From NCBI GenBank assembly GCA_038496445.1, contig JALMLS010000355.1:31008-95007 (forward strand): 64,000 nucleotides of DNA, given 5' to 3'. Below, piece by piece: positions 53,486 through 64,000 of this stretch. The position numbers were made by a program, and so were the translations under genes. Source of the DNA: Trichosphaerium sp. ATCC 40318. Taxonomy: Eukaryota; Protista; Tubulinea. The notes beneath the pieces are model-generated. The model was given only the letters and a program-made list of their open reading frames with translations, was not told the origin of the DNA and searched no databases. How positions within the stretch are numbered: the first letter of the stretch is position 1; each line of letters opens with the position of its first letter.

Positions 53486-55856
53486 ATGAGTTTGTATTAT
53501 TTCTGTACTGCCTTTTTGTTTTTTGCTCTTGCTGCACCTACCCACGGTAACACAAGTACGAATATTATTCAGCGTACCTGGTTAGTATATGATGAATACT
53601 AATTTTTGCGTCTTAGTCGTAACGTCAAGTGACCACGTTTGTGGCACTGATATGGAGTGCTACTTGAAGGAAAGACCAACCACGCTTATTCTCAATTCTA
53701 CTGGATTAACTTTTCCACTCAACCCCTTTGTTCAATTTTCCGAAAGTATAGACATTTATGGCATGTTGACGCTTTTGGAAGTTTCTGTAACATATTATTT
53801 AGCGTTAAATAAAGGCATAAATGTTTCATGCGCAATTCTACCATTTCAAAGCCAGACGGCGATAGGGAATCAAACATAAGTATCTCATTATCAGGATTTA
53901 CGTTAAATGGTTGTCAAATCAGATTGCACAGTTTCGCAAATGTTTCCGTAGAGTACATTACGAACATTCGCGTTATGAGTCTATAGTTTTATTGATTAAC
54001 TGATCGCTTAGGAATATGATAGTTACAGGCTACAACGGATCTATTCAAGTAATTGCAAGGTACACGTGTTTTAGTTCTATTTAAGGGCGCTCTCTTAATG
54101 TGAAATAGTCGAAATGTTGCTGTAAGCAATTCACTTTTCCATGAACTGTTCTATGACAGAGGATTTGGTGAGCCTTTGGGATTATGGATTGAAATAGCCG
54201 AAACAGTTTCTGTCAATAATTGTCATTTTCATCATAATTTTAACGGAGTAATACTCCTGAACAGAATGGAAGGTAGAGGTAACATTTGGCACCACTTGTT
54301 TCTGTTATAACTCTTTGAGCATAGGATTTGTAGCTACATTTATCAATGTTGATAGAGTACGTTTATGACTTGGTTTTTAAATGCTAAGATCATTTAGGTT
54401 GTAATCGATTCTTGTTCGGACAATCATGTAGTTGCAAGAATAAAGGTATGTACCAGTCTTACATATATACTTATTGGTAAACAGCACAACTCGAATACTT
54501 CACCTCAGTTGTACACATAAATTCAGTTGATATTAAAGTATTAAACTCTACTTTTGTTGGGAACAGTGTGGAAGAAGCTGATCCATTTGAGGACAGATGT
54601 ACTGGTACACGTGGTCTATCCGAGTGACATATTAATTGTGTAATAGCTGGAGCATTGGTTTTGGACGGTGCATCAAGCAGTTCTGCAGTGATAGATTCTT
54701 GTGTATTTGAGAATATTACATGCGTGTAACGTCCCACCTAATTGTAATAGCCAATAACTGAATCTTGTTTAGAAAACTAACAACAATAATACAATCCCCT
54801 GCATTGATTGGATCTTCTATGAGCATTACTATAAGGTACACTACTATTATTGTCTACGCATCAAGAATACTAAATTTCGTGTTTAGAAACACAATATTTG
54901 AAAACAATGGTACGATGTAGTCATGGCAAGTAATTGTACTGATATCTGGAATAGACGCTGGAAACATTTTTGATTGTCCTTCAACACCAACAAATTTCAC
55001 ATGCGGCTACTCTTCTATCACCACATATTTTGTAGATTGTCAAACTAATGGTATGCTAATTGTATTTGCTTGCTGACAGATGTGAAATAGTTACATGTGA
55101 AGTCATTCCAACACCATCACCGACTGCTGCTCCGACAATATCGCCTACGACTGCACCAACAGTTGAACCGACAACTGTATCACCTACAGCTGCACCAACA
55201 GTGGGTAGTCTACCACCTGAAATAGTGTTGTCTAGTCCTTTGATAATATGGTGACTTTGTAAACTCAGAGATAGCAACAATCGCTCCAGGAGGCTTTCTT
55301 CAAGTTGAAGGTATGTTTTGTATCACAAGTTATTAGTACGCGTTTATTGGATAATCTGATGTTTAGGATGTATTGTGATACCATCAAATACAACGTTCAT
55401 CATTGACTTCACAAGTGATAATAACACAAGTGTTGGCGAGAAAAGAAGAGAAGTAATACGAAGTAACAGCAACTGTATCAATGGTACTTTTACATTAGTA
55501 TCACCAGAATGTGTATTGGCGAGAATTGAGCGGACTCTTTCATCGTACGCTTTTTATTTTTGCACAAATATTTACTTTTTCGCTAGCATAGTTGTTATTA
55601 CATCAAGATCTGATAGTTGTGATGATGGAACAGAATCAACAAATCTTGGTATGGTTTTAGGTGTCACATTCGGTATTCTTGTATTGGTACGAATGACGCA
55701 TGATATTTCTTTCTTGTGTATTATTCATGTTAATTTCTATTGTAGATTGTTGCAGCTCTGATTGTCACTTGCTTTGTGCCTAAGTTGAGAGAAGCCATTT
55801 ACCCGTATGATAATACAACGAAGGAAGTAAAAATTGCTTCTATTCCCCCAAACTAA
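53486..55856 (+). pseudogene. Surface protein family copy E, inverted, apparently frameshifted
   Basis: Colinear exons on the opposite strand; GGG AAT CAA ACA TAA (~53878) and ATA ATA TGG TGA (~55250), where paralogs read GNQNIS and LIINGDF. Confidence 0.7.
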
Positions 55857-56959
55857 CAGTACAAGAATCTATAAAACATAACAGAGTCCATTTAAAATTT
55901 GTTTTATTTTTATTGGGCTAAGAGGACTTGCAATGAAAGCTTGATACCACAACGTTGCATATGGAATGAAGCAACAGAAAACCTGCAGCAACTTGTTTAC
56001 ATCTCTACTGTGTGCTGTAGAATGTGTTCTTCAAGTTGTCAAACCATAAGCATTTGCTATATACAATTCTATATACTAGAGAATGCTCCTAAAAAGCGTT
56101 ATTATGCCACTTGAAATGCTTTTTCGTCATTTTTAGAACGTGACAGTAAGGTCTACAAGAAGTTTATGTCGAGTATATGAGCAACAGTTGGTTGGTTGCA
56201 GTGCGCCGCAAGCAAACTGTGCAAATCTACAGGTACACTTTGAGATTTGACTGATCTATTGTCGTTCTCATTCAAGTTTTTCGATAGTCAGATCTGACAC
56301 TTCTGATAATTCTTGCAAATCTCACGTTTTAAGTGATCTGCTCTCACGCCGGTCTAGCAAATCCAACCGTTTCGCCGCACGTGATTTAACAAACACGCAG
56401 CACAATATTTTATTTACATAGTTGACACCCAGCTGCGTTTACAAAGCTACAGCAACGTTGGTAGTGTTTTGGGAGGTTTTAATATTGTACTAAGCTGGCT
56501 TCTGTTTGTATGCTACGAGATGGCTTTTGTTAGCATGGAGTAGGCGCTAGTGTAGCGACTAAACATACATTAGAGTAAACAGTGTTTGAGGCATTCATAC
56601 CGCGTTTGGCGGTAATGTGATACCTTTGAAGGCCATCATTGCTTTTTAATTCGATTTCAGCTCATTGAACACTTGTTGGTTTGATCATACCGTGTACAGT
56701 ACATAGGTAAAATACTGCAATCATGCCATGGTCTATTGAATCTTCTGCTAAAGTTCTAAAAACTCACTTTCTAGAAAATAAAAGTAAAGCTTGAATGAGA
56801 CAGGCAATACGCTCAAGATGTCGCGTTAACCAACGTAGCAGGCGGTTACCAACAAAGCGTTCACCAAAATCACTCAAAACAGATCACACTTTATTTTCAG
56901 TGTAGTTTTCTGAGTTGTAAAAGTTCAGAGGTGACAAATCCTTGGAGCCACGGAAGTTA

Positions 56960-57830
56960 GGTTGGATGTTTTATTTTGTGAGGTACCGTGGTGTTATATG
57001 TGTAGTCTTTATGTTTGGATATCTGGATTACCTATTTTGTTAGTTCGATGAGGTTGTTAGTTGGTTTGGTTTTTCTTTTAGATGCCATTTGTCATTGCAG
57101 ATGTGATTGAAACCACATGTGAGTGCTATATTGTTCTGTGGGGTCTATATCCTATTTTGTTAAGAGTTTTGTGTATGATGCGGTTGTGTAATTTGGCATC
57201 AATTTTTAGTGTTATGTTGGCAACTGCATATGTGCGCAAAGTCTTCTATGATAGGTATGTTGTTCTTTGCATGACATACAGAGGGCGTCTGGGTATTTGG
57301 GTTGGTTGACTAATAGCATATCCATAGGACCTCTTCAAGCCTACCAGAATCCATTAAAATTTGGTTAGCGCTGATTGGAGTTGTTGGTGTATGCGATTTA
57401 GGGTATGTGCACACTCAACTTTGCGTTTTTGTTTTAGGGGGTAGGGCGGGCAAGTTTCAATTCCAAGGATGGCTAATGTAGGAGTGGTTGAAGAGAACTG
57501 TGTTGTTAAACTTGAAGATTGGTTGAGATTATTCCGAAGTAGCTCCTTTGTTTGTTACTGAGCCGTGTGGCAATGAGGTTAAAATCTATGGCTTGGGGCA
57601 TTAGTTTTCGAAGGTTATTTTGTTAATCTTATATCGTATGTGTTCATCGTTTTTGACATTGTTATTGTTGATATGTTATTTGGAGATTGAGGTTTTGTAG
57701 AATGGATGCAGCTATGGGGTTGTGTGATTTGGGTTTGGGTGTTTGTGCGTCTTGTACACTAAAGTGGTGATTAAGTGATTGATTGGGTTAATAAAATTGA
57801 AAGCTGTCACTGGGCTTGACCTCTGATTGT
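56960..57830 (-). mobile_element. Degenerate LINE-like ORF2 3' region (zinc knuckle)
   Basis: Strong G/T skew on + (A/C-rich sense strand); minus strand reads YPDALCMSCKE..(frameshift)..IEDFAHICSCQ, matching the CxxC..E..H...C knuckle of non-LTR ORF2. Confidence 0.55.
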
Positions 57831-58434
57831 TGTTGACGGTACAAAATTTCTAACGTTTCTTGTGTCAAGGAACACATTTCTAACATATGTGGTAACACCT
57901 CTGTTCATGAGCATCCTTAACGTGGTCAACTGTTTTGCGATACATGGTAAAATCAATATAACTGGACATGTTTGGTTGTTTCTAAATATTTAGTGCAAGG
58001 ACATAACTTCAATTACAAGTGATTTTGTTCTTAGAGCTATATAGGACTATGTTTTTTGCCTTATTTTTGGATGAAAATGAGGCTACTGGTTTTCCTCTCT
58101 TCTGGAATGGTTTTGGACGCTCTACAATAGTTAAAGACTGTGAGCAGTAAAACGGAGTTTCCACAAGATAGCACAGCCGAGGTCTCGCCACTTACCAAAC
58201 TTTCGCATAAATTCCATTGTTAGTTTATTATGAGGTTTGAAAAAACGGTTGGATGCGCAACAAATTACCACGTGACAGTGCAAATGTGATATTTGCAAGT
58301 TCTGTAAGCTTGTCTGTATAGGCAACACAAAAACCCATTAATTTACAAACACATTGATCTAGAATTGACAAAAACTTGCAAAAAGTCACTTTAAGTTAAC
58401 TTGAATGATTGATGATAAGTATTTACTGTTAGGT

Positions 58435-60854
58435 TCAAACAGAAGATATTCGTACTTCCTTGGTTGTTAAAGTATAAGGGAAAATGGCTTGTCTCAACTT
58501 AGGTACAAAGAAAGCAATAATCAGACCAACCGCAATCTACCATACAAATTTAGTTTGAGAAAAATAAATGAAAACAAGGAAAAAGAAATGTCTTCACATA
58601 CAAACACAAGAATGCCTAATGTGACACCTAACACCAAACCAACATTTACTGATGCTGATGCTCCATCATCACAACTATCAGATCTTGATGTGATTACAAT
58701 TACACTAACAAAAGTTAGATATCAGTGCAAAGATAAAAAGCATACGATGAAAGAGTCTGCTCAATTCTCGCCAATACACATTCTGGTGATACTAATGTAA
58801 AAGTACCATTGATACAGTTGCTGTTGCTTCGTATTACTTCTCTTCTTGTCTCGCCAACACTTGTGTTATTATCACTTGTGAAGTCAATGATGAACGTTGT
58901 ATTTGATGGTATCACAATACATCCTAAACATTGGATTAACCAATAAACGTGTTCTAAATACCTTGTGATACAAGACATACCTTCAACTTGAAGAAAGCCT
59001 CCTGGAGTAATTGTTGCTATCTCTGAGTTTACAAAGTCACCATTTATTGTCAAAGGACTAGACAACACTATTTCAGGTGGTAGACTACCAACTGTAGGTG
59101 ATGCAGTTGTTGGTTCAACTGTTGGTGCAGTTGTAGGCGATATTGTGGTTGGTGGTATTGTTGGAGGAATGAAAGTTTTGCCTTCGCAAGTAACTATTCA
59201 ACACTGTAAGTGAGTAAATACATAATACTGTGTACCATTAGTTTGACAATCTACAAAATATGTGGTGATATCAGAGTAGCCACATGTAAGATTTGTTGGT
59301 GTTGAAGGACAATCAAAAACGCTTCCAGTATCTATTTGATAAATTAGTACAATACAATTGCTTGTGCATTACTATTGTTGAGGCTGTTTTCGAATGTTGT
59401 TGTATTTCTAAACATGACATTTAGTTTGCTTGCTGTGTTGGAAATAACATATTAGTTAGTGTACCTGATTGTAATGTCCATGGAAGACCCGATCAATGCA
59501 GGGGATGTTATAGTTATTGAATTATTTTTTCTAGAAGTTGAATCAGGTATTTACTATTATATTTAGGCAGAACGTTACACGCATGTAATATTCTCAAATA
59601 CACAAGAATCTATCACTGCTGATCCACCGTTTGATAGACCACGCAAGACCAATGAGCCAACTATAACCAGCAATTAATATGATACTTGGCTAGAACATGT
59701 GTACCAGTACATCTGTCCTCGATTCTTGGTATTTCTTCTTTCACAGTATTATCAATAAAAGTTGAGTTCAATATCTGTACATCAATTGAATTTGCGTATA
59801 GTACTGAAATATAGTAATCAGAGTTTGCTATATACAAATGAGAATATATGAGGACTACGATCTGCATACCAGAACGGTTTGCAAGTACGTAATTGTCTTT
59901 GAACAAACAAGAGTTGATTGTAACCTAAATAAATGCATGTGTAAATATTTAGCCTGTTGTACAAAGTCACAAATTACTCTATCAACAGTTCTGAATGTAG
60001 CAACAATTCCTATGTTTAAATAGTTACAATCAAACAAAATAAGGGAATCGAATATTACCTCTCCCTGTCATTCTATCGACAAAAAGCCCTCCCCTAAAAT
60101 TATGTTGAAAATGACAATTATTCACAGAAACTGTTTCGACTGTTTCAATCCATAATCCCAAAGGGTGGGCAAATCCTGTCTCATCGAACAGTTCATGGAA
60201 AAGTGAATTGCGAACAGCAACATTTTGGCTATATTTCTCATTAATTGTGACAAAATCGAAACAAATCACGTGTACCTGTCAAATATTTGAATAGAACTCT
60301 CATTGCCTGTAACTACCATATTCCTACGCAATAGTCAATTGATCGATAAACTAGACTTGTAATGAATGTACTCTACAGTTACATTTGTGAACTCGCTCAA
60401 TCGGATTTTACAATCATCAAACGTAAAGCCTGATAACGAGATGCAAATGTTGTTATTCCCGTTCACCGCCTGCTCCTGTTCAAGTGTTTGAATTGCGCAC
60501 GAAACAGTTATGCCTTTACTTAACGCTAAATAATATGTTACAGAACCTTTCAACAGCGCCAACATACCATAAATATCTATACTTTCGGAAAGTTGGGCTT
60601 GAAACATGCTGCTAGGAAAATTTAATCCAGTAGAATTGAGAATAAGCGTGGTTGGCCCTTCGTTCAAGTAGCACTCCATATCAGTGCCACAAACGTGGTC
60701 ACTTGAAGTTACAACTAAGACATAAAAATTAACAAACCTTGTCGCGTCATATCGCAATCGCACTATCGCGATGAATAATATTCGTACTTGTGTTACCGTG
60801 GGTACGTGCGGCAAGAGTTAAAAACAAAAAGGCAGCACAGAAATACAAACTCAT
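58435..60854 (-). CDS. Surface protein family copy F
   Basis: Colinear exons; leader MSLYFCAAFLFLTLA; tail EVRISSV*. Confidence 0.8.
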
Positions 60855-62211
60855 TACCTACAGCAAGCATAAGTATTATTGGCGCGTAAGAAGGGTTTTT
60901 TTAAGGCGTAGGTGCGGCAAGAACAAAAAAGAAAAAGAAAGTACAGAAATAACGTAAAGTCATTTACTATACAAGGAATAAGCAGTATTGGGCGTAATGA
61001 AGCGTTTTTTAGAAGGTAAATTTCTTTTTGAAACGCACGTGATGCTTTCCAAAACTATTATCAAAATAAAATTAAAATGTGCAATATGTTTTTGTCACCT
61101 CTCATTTGCTTTTAACTGCCCATAGAGGCTTTATCACGACATTTAGCGGATAAATTATAACACTCTTTTGTGTACCAAAAGTAAATTTGAACGTGAACAA
61201 TCCGCACGCCAAAAGAACGTCACTGGTTGAAAATTACAGATCACTCACATTAAAATGTGGGCCTTACCGGAAAGTATTATGGAAACTTGCCATGTTGAAC
61301 TACTTGAAGAAACCCATTTTGGGTTTTCTAGATTTTCTTTTATTGTTAATGTACTGTTAGTCGTCGATATTATGGCAAAAAAGCTTGAAGAGTACAGATG
61401 CTGATATCACGATTGGTCACTGCAACCATAGCAAACTTATTACGTAAATGTTAGTTATTTTAATCTCAAAATATTCTGTTTTTTGTAACATTTTTTTTTC
61501 TAGATTTGTTTATCTTGGCGTCAGGTAAAGAATCACACATACAAAAGCTTGTTGCTGAGTTTGAGAAATACGATATCCTGTATCATATTTGGTATCATAA
61601 ATATGTACGCTAACTATGTGTATTGTCGGTTTTTATCAGCTTGTGCTCCTTGAGCACTTGCTCATGATGCCTCAGTCTCGCCAACCGTATAACAAGCTCC
61701 GTTTATATGGGAACAGAAGTTACATACATTGTACAACAGTTTTAGGCTGAAAATGTAGATTGCTATCTAAAATCAAGCAACAATACTCTAGACGCCGCTG
61801 CTTACGCGTAGAGAGTGTGTAGGTTTCTACAAAACGCTGTTTAAAACAAAACGGCAATAAAAAGGTAAAACTCCCTAAACTCGCTCAATTATATTCTACC
61901 CCGCATATTTAAACCATATTCTTTATGTTACAGCTATTTGGACCGCCCTAGCCTTTAATGGTTACAAGAAAAATGCCATAGAAAACTCATGAACTGTAAC
62001 AAAAAGTAGTCACGCACATAAACAAGCATGCTTGTACTTAAATAAACAAAACGATCATTGGGTTTTTTTAATCACGTGGGTTACGCTTTCGTAATTATGT
62101 TGCTGAAATTTTGACGCTTGACCTCTAGCCTTCTCTTGACAAGGCTAAACAAATAAATTGCACTGTGAGTAACAAACTTATTCTCAGATATGACAGTATG
62201 TTGTTACAGTA

Positions 62212-64000
62212 TTAGCTTGGAGCAGAAGAGACTTCTAGTTCCTTGGTTCGTAAAGTATAAGGGAAAATAGCATGCCTCGACTTAGGTACAAAGAAAGCAA
62301 TAATCAGAGCTGCAGCAATCTACCATAGAAATTAAGTTGTGCGAAAAATACTGCGATAAAGCAATAAGGAGACATACCAGAAAAAGAATACCAAATATAA
62401 CCCCTAAAACAATACCAATATAGGCTGTTCCGGATGCAGCATCACAACTATCAGACATTGATGTAATTACAAATATGCTAGATGCAAAAGTAAGGAGTTT
62501 GGTATGTAAAGGTTAATGAAGCATACGATGAGAGAGTCTGCTCAATTCTCGCCAATACACATTCTGGTGATACTAATGTAAAAGTACCATTGATACAGTT
62601 GCTATTGCTTCGTATTACTTCTCTTCTTGTCTCACCAACACCTGTTGTGTTATCACGTGTGAGGTCAATGATGAACGTTGTATTCGATGGTATTACAATA
62701 CATCCTAAACATTGGATTATCCAATAAACGTGTTCTAAATAACTTGTGATACAAGACATACCTTCAACTTGAAGAAAGCCTCCTGGAGTAATTGTTGCTA
62801 TCTCTGAGTTAACAAAGTCACCATTTATTATTAAACGACTAGACAGCACTATTTCAGGTGGTAGACTACCCACTGTTGGTGCGGCTGTAGGTGATACAGT
62901 TGTTGGTTCGAATGTTGGTGTGGTTGTCGGTTCAACAGTTGGTGTTAATGTAGGAGCAGTTGGTGGCATTGTTGTAGGAATGAAAGTTTTGCCTTCGCAA
63001 GTAACTATTCAACACTGTAAGAGCAAATACAAAATACTGTGTACCATTAGTTTGGCAATCTACAAAATACGTGGTGATATCAGAGTAGCCACATGTGAAA
63101 TTGGTTGGTGTTGAAGGACAGTCAAAAACGCTTCCAGTATCTATTTGATAAATTAGTACAATACAATTCCGTGTACAATTACAATACCATCGTTGATGGT
63201 TTTTTCAAACGTTGTTGTATTTCTAAACACGAAATTTAGTATGCTTGATGCGTAGAAGTAGTTTACGAATTGTAATGTTCATAGAAGACCCAATCAATGC
63301 AGGAGAGTTTATAGTTCTTGTATCATTTTGTATTTTGCTAAGCAGGAATCAGATGTCTGCTAGTAAAATTAAGGAGAACGTTACACGCATGTATTATTCT
63401 CAAATACACAAGAATCTATCACTGCAGATCCACCGACAAAAACCAAAGCTCCAGCTACAGGAGATTAATATGACGCTTGGCTAGTGCACGTGTACCGAAA
63501 CATCTGTCCTCTGTTGCGTTGCTTTCTTGCACACTGTTCCCAATAAATGATGTGCTGAATAGCTGTACATCAGTTGAATTTATGTATACTACTGATGTGG
63601 GTTGTATATTTGTTGCTGCAAACAAATTAGTTCGGAATAAGTTTCAGTATTGAGGAGTACAATCTGTTGCAACAACTGAATTGCTTGCAAAGAAGCAAGA
63701 AGCAATTATAACCTTAAAATAAGATCAGATTATAGAAACCTAAGTTCACATGCGCACCTTGTCAACACTGATGAACGTAGCAACCATTCCTATGTTCAAC
63801 AATTATGTGATCACAAATTACAATGTTTGCCGAGTATTACCTTTCCCTTGCAACGATGACAGACGAGATCCTCTTCTGTTATTAACTGCAAAGCCACAGC
63901 CATTGACAGATACTGTATCGGCTGTTTCAATCCATAATCCCAAAGGCTCTCCAAATCTTGAAAAGTCTTCCATCTCTTGAAAAACTGAATTGTGTACAGC
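62212..64000 (-). CDS. Surface protein family copy G (5' part outside window; divergent ectodomain, longest stalk)
   Basis: Colinear exons; QEMEDFSRFGEPLGLWIET; tail ELEVSSAPS*. Confidence 0.75.

Noticed and set aside
61200-61760. Exon-like fragments between copies F and G
   Set aside because: Contain stops and no recognisable domain; cannot be called.
27990-64000. Large repeats read as a CRISPR array or satellite
   Set aside because: The repeat units are 2.5-3.5 kb intron-containing genes, not short repeat-spacer arrays.

Overview
AT-rich, gene-dense eukaryotic (protist) DNA with many short spliceosomal introns (mostly ~40-100 nt) and the standard genetic code. An amoebozoan-like source is suggested, not proven, by an ABP34-like gene and Grl/GABA-B-like GPCRs. 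1-27.7 kb holds single or low-copy genes: an S8 subtilisin, a duplicated F-box-like/PB1-like gene flanking an intronless F-box-MORN gene, GDPD, a fatty-acid elongase, two F-box-START fusion genes, a CYP86/704-like P450, a W-Y repeat protein, RWDD2-like, ABP34-like, BTB and a large unknown gene with a C-terminal F-box. 28-64 kb is a receptor island: three tandem class C GPCRs, then at least 7 copies of a single-pass surface protein (signal peptide, beta-helix-like repeats, Thr/Pro stalk, Cys domain, TM). One copy is inverted and frameshifted, and LINE and LRR remnants lie between copies. In both receptor families divergence concentrates in the putative ligand-binding parts while membrane-proximal parts are nearly identical, with visible mosaicism. 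This is the best candidate for an undescribed diversified recognition system. Two window-wide signals also stand out: a strong excess of CACGTG at promoters and introns, and recurrent GC-AG introns with a GCACGT donor. Gene models were spliced by eye, so CDS spans include introns.
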